DNA of 26,625 nucleotides from Candidatus Eiseniibacteriota bacterium (GCA_046598045.1 JBKJJJ010000068.1:1-26625), one strand, 5' to 3'; counted from the stretch's first letter, positions 15,967-25,008 are shown. The notes: generated from the sequence alone by a model not told the origin. Numbers and translations: made by a program.

Positions 15967-17958
15967 TTAGTGAATCAGGACGACGCGCTGGGTCTTCGAT
16001 CCGCCCGCGGTCGCGAGCGTGATCAGGTAGATGCCCGGGGTCGCCCTCTGGAGCCGTTCGGTCCGACCGTCCCACGTCAGCGAATGCTCACCGGCCGGCA
16101 GCGGCCCCTGGTGAAGCATGCGGATGCGGCGGCCGGCCACGTCGGTGACCGCGAGGAGCACGTCCTGGGCGCGATCGATCCGGAAGGTCACCGTCGACCC
16201 CTGCACGGTCGGGTTCGGCCGCGGCGACCCCAGAGACACGCCTTCAGCGAGGACGCCCCTCTGCGCGCTCACCTGGCCGAGGTAGGTCACGGTCCCGAAG
16301 CGATCTTCCTGGCGAAGTCGGTAGAAGTACACACCACCCGGTGCGGTGGTCGCGTCGAGGGCGGTGGAGGCCGAACCATCGCTGCCGGCCTCGACGGCGA
16401 TCGGGCCCCAGGGGCCGGTCGCCGCGTCGGCGCGCTCGACGGTGACCGGGTTGCCGCCGCCGGGCTCGCTGAATTGCCAGCGCAGGAGAATCCCGTCGTC
16501 GCGTCCCTCCGCGTCGAAGAACGCCAACAACGTGGCGGTGGCTCCGCAGGGCGCCGGGATCCCGAACCAGCCGATGTCCCGGAACGCCGGCATGGTCAGG
16601 TCGACATCCGAGGAAATTCCATTTGTAATCGCCGGCTCCATCAGGAGGCTCGGCTCGGCCGACGTGTCCCAATGCGAGACCGACGACCCGGCGGCAAACG
16701 GGATCGGCGTGTACACGAGGACCTTGCCCTGCTTGGTCCCGGCATCGAGCGCGGGGTCGGAGATCAGCGACGCCACCACGCCTGATCCCAGGTTGGCCTT
16801 GATCAGGGCCCCGTCGCTGTTCGTAAGTCGTACCGCTGGAATCGTGATCGTCGGATCGGCCCCGCCCATGCCGAGCGGCGGGCATCCCGGGAGGCTGTCG
16901 GCCACGATCACGCCGATCGCGCCGGCGTTCTGCGCATTCTTGACCTTGACCACGAAGGGGCACGCGCCGCGGTCGACGAACGCGATCTTGCCGTTGATCG
17001 CCGCGGCATTGACGAAGGGTTCGCAGCCGTTGCTCGAGCTGTTCGGAGGAAGCGAGCCGTCGTCGGCAAGAACGACACTCCCGGTGACGCCCGTGCTGCT
17101 GAGCGGAGCGCCGAACTGCGCGAGGCCCACCTCGTAGTCGCCCGCGATCGAACCCGGCGAGCTCACCCGCAGAAGGGGCTTGGGGCCGAGCCGGGCGGGC
17201 GCAGCCAGGGTGACGCACAACCCATCCCACGCGAGGTTCTGACAGTTCTGGGCCGAGGCGCCGCGCTGGGCATCGGTCGCCATGTCGTTCCAGTGCTGGC
17301 CCTGCGTGAGGTCGTAGAGCTGGCGATCGTACACGTGTGGACCGGGGGGAGTGCCCATCTCGACCCCGGCCAGCGTGATGGTCGCAAAGCCCAGGCCGTG
17401 ACCGATCTCGTGGAGCACCACGGGCAGCAGCTCGATGTCGGCGCCCTCGTTGCCGTCCACGCCGTAGTACCAGCGGAACGAGCACGGCGCCACGCCATTG
17501 AGCGCCGAGTTGAACGTGATGTTCATGTCGTTGACGGCGGGATTGAGGTCGAATCCCGCGAGGCGGTTCGCCAGCGCCTGCTGGTACCAGGTGTTGGCGA
17601 ACGGGGCGTTGGCGAAGTTGCGGTGCGAGGATCCGGCGCTCGTGCTGCCGAGCACCGCGCCCGAGGCGTCGCAGGTCTGGGGATCGAACTTCGCGTTGAC
17701 CTTGATCTCGACCGCGCTGGGCAGAAGGTTGCCCCAGATGTTCGCGGCGTAATTGAACACGTAGAGGCGCTGGGCCCCGATCGTGGTGCCGGGGTTGCCT
17801 CCCACCGGGGCGACCGGGGTCGGGTCGTTGAAGCCTTCGCCCGCCCCGTCGAGGTTGATGATCGTGATCGTGCTCGCCCCGGCGTTTCCGCCGATCACGC
17901 CGGCGAGCGCGCACGCGGCGAGAACGACGCGCAGTGGATTGAGGATCGTGAGGCGCAT
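15967..17958 (-). CDS. Secreted zinc metallopeptidase with inserted PA domain and C-terminal FN3/Ig plus FlgD-Ig/CTD-like domains (663 aa)
   Basis: ATG 17958 with SD GGAGGT and a signal peptide. Zinc motif VVLHEIGHGLGF. PA domain GCEPF..GKIAFVDRGACPFVVKVKNAQNAGAIGVIV. Distal SSVSHWD..LLMEP. Tail PNP...DVAGRRIRML...WDGR...PGIYLI. Confidence 0.9.
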   Translation of the reverse strand: MRLTILNPLRVVLAACALAGVIGGNAGASTITIINLDGAGEGFNDPTPVAPVGGNPGTTIGAQRLYVFNYAANIWGNLLPSAVEIKVNAKFDPQTCDASGAVLGSTSAGSSHRNFANAPFANTWYQQALANRLAGFDLNPAVNDMNITFNSALNGVAPCSFRWYYGVDGNEGADIELLPVVLHEIGHGLGFATITLAGVEMGTPPGPHVYDRQLYDLTQGQHWNDMATDAQRGASAQNCQNLAWDGLCVTLAAPARLGPKPLLRVSSPGSIAGDYEVGLAQFGAPLSSTGVTGSVVLADDGSLPPNSSSNGCEPFVNAAAINGKIAFVDRGACPFVVKVKNAQNAGAIGVIVADSLPGCPPLGMGGADPTITIPAVRLTNSDGALIKANLGSGVVASLISDPALDAGTKQGKVLVYTPIPFAAGSSVSHWDTSAEPSLLMEPAITNGISSDVDLTMPAFRDIGWFGIPAPCGATATLLAFFDAEGRDDGILLRWQFSEPGGGNPVTVERADAATGPWGPIAVEAGSDGSASTALDATTAPGGVYFYRLRQEDRFGTVTYLGQVSAQRGVLAEGVSLGSPRPNPTVQGSTVTFRIDRAQDVLLAVTDVAGRRIRMLHQGPLPAGEHSLTWDGRTERLQRATPGIYLITLATAGGSKTQRVVLIH

Positions 17959-17960
17959 GG

Positions 17961-18530
17961 CTACTTGACCTCCACGGCCGACGTCGCCGGTAGGGGGCCG
18001 CGCAGCGCGTGCTCGAACTGGCCCTCGCCCTGCACGCACTCGAAGATCAGCTTCCGGTCGGGTCCGACGCGCACGATCGAATGGTCCGCGAAGCGGCCCG
18101 CGTGGTTCAACGTCTCGGATCCGTCGGCGTTCTGGATCGTGACCAAGCCTTCGGCTTCGGCGCGCGCGAGCGCCTGGAGTTCCGGGATCGTGAGCGCGCG
18201 ATGGAGCTGGGACTCGGGCATCGCGAGCATGCCGGTTTCGGGGTCGACGGCGAGGATCATGCCGGTGGAGCCGGCCGAGGGGGCCGGAGCCGCCGCGCCG
18301 GAGTTGCGCACCGCGGGCTCGGTGGTTGCGCGCTTGCCCACCGCGTGTCGCGCCGGCGGCGGGATGCCCTGTCCCATCGGCGCAACGGCGGATGTCGATT
18401 GCGGCAACGAGGAATGGAGTGCAGCGGACGGCCCACGCGGAGACACGGGCCTACGAGCAGCGGAACTTGTCGCGAGGATGAGCCCCGCGACCAGTCCGAT
18501 CGCCGGGAGGATGAGGAGTAGCCGTCGCAT
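17961..18530 (-). CDS. Secreted/anchored hypothetical protein (189 aa), similar to the family labelled 'post-PEP-CTERM-1 domain'
   Basis: N-terminal signal peptide, Pro/Ala-rich linker, then GMILAVDPETG...ADGS...RVGPDRKLIFECV. Ends 2 nt before the protease ATG. Family label recalled from memory, not verified. Confidence 0.8.
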   Translation of the reverse strand: MRRLLLILPAIGLVAGLILATSSAARRPVSPRGPSAALHSSLPQSTSAVAPMGQGIPPPARHAVGKRATTEPAVRNSGAAAPAPSAGSTGMILAVDPETGMLAMPESQLHRALTIPELQALARAEAEGLVTIQNADGSETLNHAGRFADHSIVRVGPDRKLIFECVQGEGQFEHALRGPLPATSAVEVK

Positions 18531-18912
18531 GGGACAGCCCCCTTTCGAGTGGAGGGACGCAGACCAGCTGGGACCGCAAACAGCCTAGTCTTCAGGCTTG
18601 AATTCGACTTGAGCCCAGCCGGTTGGGGCCGGGGAAGCGATTGCGCGGAAGGCAATTGCGGGGCGGGTGGGGGAGCGTTGCCGGCTCGGCCGCATCGGCG
18701 GGCCCGTCGGCCCGGAGTCTGCCGACGGTTGCTCCCGCGGCAGGCGTCGAGTCTCGATTCCCGGCTTCTCTCCGACCAAATCGCAGGCGAGCGGGCACCC
18801 GAGGAACTCGAACATCGGGAGTCCAGCATCGCGGCCCGTGACGCGCACGCGATCGCTCGTGTCGGGTGGATCCGGGAGCGCGACAAGGGAGGTCTGCGCT
18901 AGAGTCGCCGCC

Positions 18913-19743
18913 ATGTCCAAGTCCGGCTTGCCCGTGTTCGACGGAACCGCCCCGGAGCACGTCGCGGCCTACGACGAGTTGCCGCTCTGGTCGGCGATGG
19001 CCGGCCTGTTGCTGCTCGAGCACGTGCCGCTCGGCGCGAAGCGGGCGCTCGACGTGGGTTGCGGCACCGGTTTTCCGCTGCTCGAACTCGCCGAGCGGCT
19101 GGGTCCGCGCGCATTCACCTGCGGGGTCGACGTGTGGGGGGCCGCGCTCGAGCGCGCGCAACAGAAAGCGCGCACATGGCCCGTGCCGCAGGTGGCCTTC
19201 GCGCGTGCGGACGGTGCCGCGTTGCCGTTCAAGGACGGCGCGTTCGATCTCGTGGTTTCGAACCTCGGGCTGAACAACTTCGCCCAGCCCGATGCCGCGC
19301 TGCGGGAGGCCCGGCGGGTGCTCGCCCCGGGCGGCGCGCTCGCGCTGACCACGAATCTCGCGGGGCACATGCGCGAGCTCTACGCCGCGTTCGAGGCCGC
19401 GCTCGTGGAACGTGGCGATGCTGCGGCGCTCGAGCGGCTGCGCGTGCACGTGGCTCACCGGGGCACGGTCGAGAGCTTGAGCGCGCTGGTCGCGCGTTGC
19501 GGATTCCGGGTCGAGGCGGTTCATACGCGCGAGGTCGCGATGCGCTTTGCCTCCGCCGGGGCGCTGTTCGCGCACCACTTCATGCGTCTGGGGTTCGTCG
19601 CGGGGTGGGAGGCGATCGCCGGCGAAGCCGGGCGGAACGAAACGCTCAGCGCGCTGAGCGCACGCCTGGATGCCGTGGTCCAGGAGAACGGCGAGCTGCG
19701 GCTGACCGTGCCGCTTGCGTGTTTGGTCGCCGAGCCCGTTTAG
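18913..19743 (+). CDS. Class I SAM-dependent methyltransferase (276 aa)
   Basis: Start ATG 18913. Motif I LDVGCGTG, LPFKDGAFDLVVSN, and EARRVLAPGG. Confidence 0.9.
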   Translation: MSKSGLPVFDGTAPEHVAAYDELPLWSAMAGLLLLEHVPLGAKRALDVGCGTGFPLLELAERLGPRAFTCGVDVWGAALERAQQKARTWPVPQVAFARADGAALPFKDGAFDLVVSNLGLNNFAQPDAALREARRVLAPGGALALTTNLAGHMRELYAAFEAALVERGDAAALERLRVHVAHRGTVESLSALVARCGFRVEAVHTREVAMRFASAGALFAHHFMRLGFVAGWEAIAGEAGRNETLSALSARLDAVVQENGELRLTVPLACLVAEPV

Positions 19744-19752
19744 CAGATTCCG

Positions 19753-20166
19753 CTACTTCGCGATCTCCCAGAGATGCCCACCCGGATCCATGAAACTGGC
19801 GGTGCGCACGCCCCAGGGGCGATCCATCGGGCCGTTGAGCAGCTTGACCCCGCGGGCGGCGAGCAGCGCGCACGTCGCGTCGACGTCGTCCACGTTGATC
19901 GTGAACACCATCCGGGGTCCGGCGTCGCGGCTAGCGACCCGGGCCGGCTCGACGAGTTCCACGGCGGCCGTCGTCTTCAGAAGATTCAGGAGCATGCTCC
20001 CGATCTTGAAGACCGCCGAGTCGGGATCCTCGAACACCACCGATAGGCCGAAGACCTCCTGATAGAATTGCCTGCCGGCCGCGAGGTCCTCGACGAACAG
20101 GGTGATGACGTTGACGGCCTTCGGCCATGCAGTCGCTGTGTCGTCAGTTCCGGTGGTCGGTTCCAT
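19753..20166 (-). CDS. VOC/glyoxalase-family protein
   Basis: ITLFVEDL....FYQEVFGL, VDDVDA, and DRPWGVRTASFMDPGGHLWEI. Confidence 0.92.
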   Translation of the reverse strand: MEPTTGTDDTATAWPKAVNVITLFVEDLAAGRQFYQEVFGLSVVFEDPDSAVFKIGSMLLNLLKTTAAVELVEPARVASRDAGPRMVFTINVDDVDATCALLAARGVKLLNGPMDRPWGVRTASFMDPGGHLWEIAK

Positions 20167-20250
20167 TGAAGGTCTCCGGTTCGGGGCGCGGTGTCGTTCG
20201 GTGCTTCAGCGTGGACCGGATTCTATCCACGCGGCATTGCGCCTACCACC

Positions 20251-20715
20251 TCAGACCGCCGTCTGCGCCGGTTGATAGCCCCCCGGCACGAGCCTCGCCG
20301 CGATTGAGAGCCGGTTCCACGCGTTGATCGCAGCCACGGCCACGGTCAGCTCGCACAGCTCGGTCGCGCCGAACACCGCACGCGCCTCCTCGAAGACCGC
20401 ATCCGGGGCGTGGCCGTCGGTGATGCGCGTGACCGCCTCCGTCCACGCCAGCGCGGCGCGCTCGCGGTCGGTGTAGTAGGGGCACTCGCGCCAGGCGTCG
20501 AGCGAACTCAGGCGCTGCTCGGTGTCGCCGAGCGCGCGCAGGTCCTTCCAGTGCATGTCGAGACAATAGGCGCAGCCGTTGATCTGCGAGGCCCGCAGCT
20601 GGACGAGCATCGTGAGCCTCGCCCCGAGGCTGCTCTTCTGCACGAACTGGTCGAGGGCGTCCATCGCTTCGTAGGCGCCGGGAGCGGCCTTCGCGTAATC
20701 GAGTCGGGTTTTCAT
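20251..20715 (-). CDS. Carboxymuconolactone decarboxylase / AhpD-like alkylhydroperoxidase family protein (154 aa)
   Basis: Start ATG 20715. RASQINGCAYCLDMH (CxxC), YTDRERAALAWTEAVT, and INAWNR. Confidence 0.93.
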   Translation of the reverse strand: MKTRLDYAKAAPGAYEAMDALDQFVQKSSLGARLTMLVQLRASQINGCAYCLDMHWKDLRALGDTEQRLSSLDAWRECPYYTDRERAALAWTEAVTRITDGHAPDAVFEEARAVFGATELCELTVAVAAINAWNRLSIAARLVPGGYQPAQTAV

Positions 20716-20719
20716 GGGT

Positions 20720-21217
20720 CTAGTTCTTCCTTTCGAAACGGGTTTCGAGGACGACCGTGTACGGTCCACCGCTCTGCGCGAGTTCGATGCGCTCCACGAA
20801 CGCGTTCCACCCTGTGCGCTCGTACGTGATTCGCGTGCGCCCCGCGTCCGACTCCGGGCTCGCGAAGACGATCCGCTCGTCGCTCGAGGCAGCGCTGTCG
20901 AACGCCGTGTCCGACGCCGAGCCGTCTGCGGCGAAGTGGCGCAGGACGAGCGCCTGCCGCTGCGCGTCGAAGCTCACCACGCCCCACACCGCCGCCGGCG
21001 ACCCGCCGCCCTTCTCGGTGATCTCGAGATGGTGGTTCGTTGCCGCCGGGGCATAGACGCGCGTCACCTTCGTGGGGCCCTCGGCGCCGCTCCGCGTGCC
21101 CTTCCAGGTGCCGATGAACACGTGCATCGGCCGCCACGCCTCGGTGGGGTCGACGGCGGCGGCACTCGCCTCAGGGCCGATCAGCACGGCCAGGGCCAAC
21201 ATCCATGCGAATCTCAT
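20720..21217 (-). CDS. Secreted hypothetical beta-barrel protein (lipocalin/nitrobindin/DUF1579-like), 165 aa
   Basis: ATG 21217 with SD AAGGAGG. Signal peptide MRFAWMLALAVLIGPEASA. FIGTWKG motif followed by alternating beta-strands. Confidence 0.7.
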   Translation of the reverse strand: MRFAWMLALAVLIGPEASAAAVDPTEAWRPMHVFIGTWKGTRSGAEGPTKVTRVYAPAATNHHLEITEKGGGSPAAVWGVVSFDAQRQALVLRHFAADGSASDTAFDSAASSDERIVFASPESDAGRTRITYERTGWNAFVERIELAQSGGPYTVVLETRFERKN

Positions 21218-21304
21218 GACCGAATCCTCCTTCAGAACTCCAGGTATGGAGGGCAGCCCGGACGGTCGCCCGAATCCCTCCACGCAGGAGTCATCCTCGC
21301 GAAG

Positions 21305-21352
21305 ATTGGTCTTGTCGGATAGGCCCACTTAGGCAATCCTTGGTGAACCAAT
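21305..21352. promoter_or_regulatory. Candidate MocR-family operator between the divergent genes
   Basis: ATTGGT (21305-21310), CCACT (21325-21329) and TTGGT-GA-ACCAAT (21340-21352). Together these form a direct-plus-inverted TGG/CCA box arrangement overlapping the regulator's start codon. Confidence 0.55.
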
Positions 21353-22835
21353 GGCAAAGGCTCCGGCACCGTTCACATTCGTCCTGCCGCCCCGGTTGCG
21401 GGGCGTGCCCGCGTCGCGCTGGCTCTACGAGTCGCTGCGCAGCGCGATCCTCGAGGGCCGCCTGAGCGTCGGCGCGCGGCTGCCCACGACCCGCGAGCTG
21501 TCGAACGAGTACGACCTCGCACGCGGCACCGTGGTCGCGGCGTTCGAGAACCTCAAGGCCGAGGGCTACGTGAACGCCACGGTGGGCTCGGGCACGTACG
21601 TCGCGTGCGTGCTCCCCGAGAGCCTGCTGGTCGCTCCGCGGGCGGGCGCCGGGCGCGAGGCCGCGCCGCAGCCGCAGCCGCGCCGGCCGCGGCGACTCTC
21701 CGCGCTCGCGCGCGGGCTGAGCCCGCTCTTCGGCTACCCCGAGGGGCGAACGCCCGCGTTTCGCATCGGGCAGCCGGCGCTCGACCTGTTCCCGACCACG
21801 CTCTGGGCCCAGGTCGCGTCGCGGCGCCTGCGCATGGCGTCGGTCAAGCAGCTGCTCGGGTGCGAGGCGCTGGGGTACCTGCCGCTGCGCGAGGCGATCG
21901 CCGACTACCTCGTGGCGTCGCGCGGGGTGACCTGTTCGCCCGGGCAGGTGGCGATCGTTTCGGGCACGCTCGAGGCGCTCCACACCACCGCGCGGCTGTT
22001 GCTCGATCCCGGGGACCGCGCGGCGTTGGAGCGCCCGGGCTACGCCGGCGCGCGGGTCGCGCTCGAGGCCGTCGGCGCGCAAGTCCTGGATGTGCCCGTG
22101 GACGACGAGGGCCTCGTGGTGGACGCGAAGCGCATGAAGGACGCGCGCCTCGTGTACGTCACGCCCGCGCACCAGTACCCGATGGGCGTGAGCATGAGCG
22201 TGACGCGTCGCCTCGCGTTGCTCGACTGGGCGCGCGGCTCGGGGGCGACGATCTTCGAGGACGATTACGACAGCGAGTATCGCTACTGCGGCCCGCCCAT
22301 GCCGGCGCTCCAGGGCCTCGACCAGGGCGGCAGCGTGATCTTCTCGGGCAGCTTCAGCAAGGTGCTCTTCCCGTCGATCCGCCTCGGCTACGTCGTGTTG
22401 CCGTCGGACCTGGTCGAGCCGTTTGCCGCGATGATCTCGGTCACCACGCGCCACGCGCCGCTGCTCGACCAGGCGGTGCTCGCGGATTTCATGACGGGCG
22501 GACACTTCGGCCGCCACATCCGTCGCATGCGCGAGGTCTACGCCGAGCGGCACTCCATGCTGCTCGAGGCGGCTCGTGTGGAGCTACCCGGCCTGCTCGA
22601 CGTCTGCGAGATCGAGGCCGGGCTGCAGACCGTCGGGTGGCTGCCGCCCGGCGTGAACGGCGCGAGGGTGGCCGCACTCGCCGCCGAGCGCGGGGTCGAG
22701 ATCAAGGCCGTCACCCCGACCGGGCGCGGCCGCGGGGCGCAACATGTGCTGGTGCTGGGCTTCGCTGCGGTGGACGCCCGGGAGATCCGGCGGGGGGTGC
22801 GGGTGCTGGCGGAGGTCGTGCGCGGGGCCGCTTGA
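21351..22835 (+). CDS. MocR/GabR-family transcription factor (GntR wHTH plus PLP-dependent aminotransferase-like domain)
   Basis: LYESLRSAILEGRL..GARLPTTREL....LARGTVVAAFENLKAEGY (wHTH). YVTPAHQYPMG, IFEDDYDSEY, and PLP-Lys motif SFSKVLFPSIRLGY. Confidence 0.95.
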   Translation: MAKAPAPFTFVLPPRLRGVPASRWLYESLRSAILEGRLSVGARLPTTRELSNEYDLARGTVVAAFENLKAEGYVNATVGSGTYVACVLPESLLVAPRAGAGREAAPQPQPRRPRRLSALARGLSPLFGYPEGRTPAFRIGQPALDLFPTTLWAQVASRRLRMASVKQLLGCEALGYLPLREAIADYLVASRGVTCSPGQVAIVSGTLEALHTTARLLLDPGDRAALERPGYAGARVALEAVGAQVLDVPVDDEGLVVDAKRMKDARLVYVTPAHQYPMGVSMSVTRRLALLDWARGSGATIFEDDYDSEYRYCGPPMPALQGLDQGGSVIFSGSFSKVLFPSIRLGYVVLPSDLVEPFAAMISVTTRHAPLLDQAVLADFMTGGHFGRHIRRMREVYAERHSMLLEAARVELPGLLDVCEIEAGLQTVGWLPPGVNGARVAALAAERGVEIKAVTPTGRGRGAQHVLVLGFAAVDAREIRRGVRVLAEVVRGAA

Positions 22836-22916
22836 CGTCCGCCCCGGCCGGGATCACGCTTCCCCCGCAATCGAGGTCGGCAACATCGCGCGCTTGTTCC
22901 GAAAGGATCCCGAATC

Positions 22917-23843
22917 ATGGCGGTGAAATTCCGCGACTACTACGAAGTGCTCGGCGTGCCGCGCAGCGCGTCGGCCGACGAGATCAAGAGCGCGTATCGC
23001 AAGCTGGCGCGCAAGCATCATCCCGATCTCCAGCCGGCGGCCGAGCGACTCGCGGCGACCGAACGCTTCAAGGAGATCAACGAGGCGAACGAAGTTCTCC
23101 AGGATCCCGAGAAGCGAAAGAAATATGACGCGCTCGGGGCCGACTGGAAGAACGGGTCCGAGTTCACCCCGCCGCCTCACGCAAGACGCCCCGGCGGCGG
23201 ATCGCCGGACGAGGCGGACCTCGACGGGTTCAGCGACTTCTTCGAGGCGATGTTCGGCGGAGCCTCCGGACGCGGCGCGCGCGCGGGCCGCGGCTTCCGC
23301 TTCACGCGCCCCGCGATGGAGATCGAAGCCGAGTTGCCGGTCACGCTCACCGACCTGCTGCACGGCGCTCGGCGGCGCATCGGCCTCGAGGGCGGCCGCA
23401 ATCTCGAGGTCGAGATCCCGCTCGGCGCGCGCGATGGCACCGTGCTGCGGCTCGCGGGGCAGGGCGAGGGCGGCGGGAGCGGCGGGCCCGCGGGCGACCT
23501 GTTTCTCCACCTGCGCCTCACGCCCGACGCGCGCTTTCGCGTCGAGGGCGATGACCTCGAGATGAGTTTGGCGCTCTGGCCGTGGCAGGCGGTGCTGGGC
23601 GGTTCCGTGCGCATCGAGACGCCCGAGGGCCCGGTTACGCTCAAGGTGCCGAAGGGGACCGAGGCGGGGCAACGCCTGCGCCTCAAGGGGCGCGGGCTCC
23701 CGCACAAGGACGGCAGCCGCGGGAACCTCAACGCCAGCATTCGCATCGTGATTCCAAAGAAGCCAAGCGCCGACGAAGTCGCCGCGTACGAGGCGCTCCA
23801 GCGCACCGCGACGGCTCCCACGGACCGGCCGGCCGAGGAGTGA
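22917..23843 (+). CDS. cbpA: Class II J-domain co-chaperone, curved-DNA-binding protein CbpA-like
   Basis: [31 protein letters not shown] and DnaJ_C domains, with no zinc finger. Followed by a cbpM-like gene. Confidence 0.9.
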   Translation: MAVKFRDYYEVLGVPRSASADEIKSAYRKLARKHHPDLQPAAERLAATERFKEINEANEVLQDPEKRKKYDALGADWKNGSEFTPPPHARRPGGGSPDEADLDGFSDFFEAMFGGASGRGARAGRGFRFTRPAMEIEAELPVTLTDLLHGARRRIGLEGGRNLEVEIPLGARDGTVLRLAGQGEGGGSGGPAGDLFLHLRLTPDARFRVEGDDLEMSLALWPWQAVLGGSVRIETPEGPVTLKVPKGTEAGQRLRLKGRGLPHKDGSRGNLNASIRIVIPKKPSADEVAAYEALQRTATAPTDRPAEE

Positions 23844-23845
23844 AC

Positions 23846-24175
23846 ATGGACAAGACGCCGCGCAGCCACCTCCAAATCACCGTCGCCGGGGCCACCTGGC
23901 AATCCGAAGCCTGGCTCTCCGGCGAGGCGCTCGCCGCCGCCGTGGGCATCGATCCCGCGATTCTCGATCAATTGAAGGGCATGGGCCTCGTCGAGCCGGC
24001 GGGACCGGATGCGGCCGCATTCTCCGCGGGGACGGCCATCCGCCTGCGCCGCATGCTGCGGCTGCACGCCGACCTCGAGGTGGATCTCGACGCGGCCGCG
24101 ATCATCGTCGACCTGCTCGGGCGGGTCGAACGCCTGGAGCGGGAGCTGAACCGGCAGCGCGCAGTGGAGCGCTAG
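23846..24175 (+). CDS. cbpM: Chaperone modulator CbpM-like (MerR-like), 109 aa
   Basis: ATG 23846 after GAGGAG. MGLVEP and RLRRMLRLHADLEVD....IIVDLLGRVERLEREL. Directly downstream of cbpA. Confidence 0.85.
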   Translation: MDKTPRSHLQITVAGATWQSEAWLSGEALAAAVGIDPAILDQLKGMGLVEPAGPDAAAFSAGTAIRLRRMLRLHADLEVDLDAAAIIVDLLGRVERLERELNRQRAVER

Positions 24176-25008
24176 ACCTTCGTCGCCCGCGTCATCAGGT
24201 AGGACTGCCGCATCGTGTTCATCTCGAAGTACTCCGCGGCAATCGCGTCGTACTCGCGCCGGAACTCCGCGAGCTTCGCGGGGTCGCTCTCCTGCAGGGC
24301 CTCGACCAGCTTGAGGATCGGCCCGGAGGTCCGCTCGACGTTGAAGCGCACGTGTTGCGGGCTGAGCGTATAGGTCATCATCATGTCGCGCTCGAACGTG
24401 AGGTTCGTCACCCGGTCGCCGAGGCGCTCGCGGACGATCGTCGGTTCACCCCACAAAACGGGCGAGACGACGCCGGGCGGCGGGGGCGGCGCATAGCGTG
24501 CGGTGAGCAAGAACATGCGACCAATGAAGGCATCGGGCGGCCACGTGGAAAACGCGATCGTTCCGCCGGGCTTGAGCACGCGCAGCATCTCGGCGATGGC
24601 TACGTCCGGGCGCGGCGCGAACATGTGGCCGTACTGGCTCAGCACGACGTCGTAATGCGCATCGGCGAACGGGAGGTGCTCGACGTCGGCCTCGCGCCAC
24701 TCGACGTCCGTGCCGCTGATGGCCGCGTTTTCGCGGGCCTGTTCGAGCAGCTCCGGTGTGAGGTCCGACCCGGTGACCTTCGCGCCGAGCCGCGCGGCGG
24801 TGATCGCCACCACGCCCGTGCCGCCGGCCACATCGAGCACGCGCTGCCCCGCGCGGACGCCGGCGAAGCGCACCAGCCGCGCGGCCGGAGGCGTCGTGAA
24901 CGTCGCGAGCGGACCGAAGTGCGCCCACCCCGCGCGCTGGTGCGCCTTGAACTGCTCGAACGGGTCGGCCGCAGGGGCGTTGACGGGGGAGGTCGGATCG
25001 GGAGTCAT
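24172..25008 (-). CDS. Class I SAM-dependent methyltransferase (UbiE-like)
   Basis: RVLDVAGGTG, EADVEHLPFADAHYDVVLSQYGHMF, and EMLRVLKPGG. Stop codon overlaps the cbpM stop (CTAG). Confidence 0.92.
   Translation of the reverse strand: MTPDPTSPVNAPAADPFEQFKAHQRAGWAHFGPLATFTTPPAARLVRFAGVRAGQRVLDVAGGTGVVAITAARLGAKVTGSDLTPELLEQARENAAISGTDVEWREADVEHLPFADAHYDVVLSQYGHMFAPRPDVAIAEMLRVLKPGGTIAFSTWPPDAFIGRMFLLTARYAPPPPPGVVSPVLWGEPTIVRERLGDRVTNLTFERDMMMTYTLSPQHVRFNVERTSGPILKLVEALQESDPAKLAEFRREYDAIAAEYFEMNTMRQSYLMTRATKV

Noticed and set aside
18531..18600. c-di-GMP-I-like GGGACGCA segment
   Set aside because: It is antisense to the adjacent gene, the upstream part is explained by that gene's SD, and the rest of the consensus is missing.
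24172..24175. Overlapping convergent stop codons (CTAG) of cbpM and the methyltransferase
   Set aside because: A common compact arrangement with no evidence of regulatory meaning.
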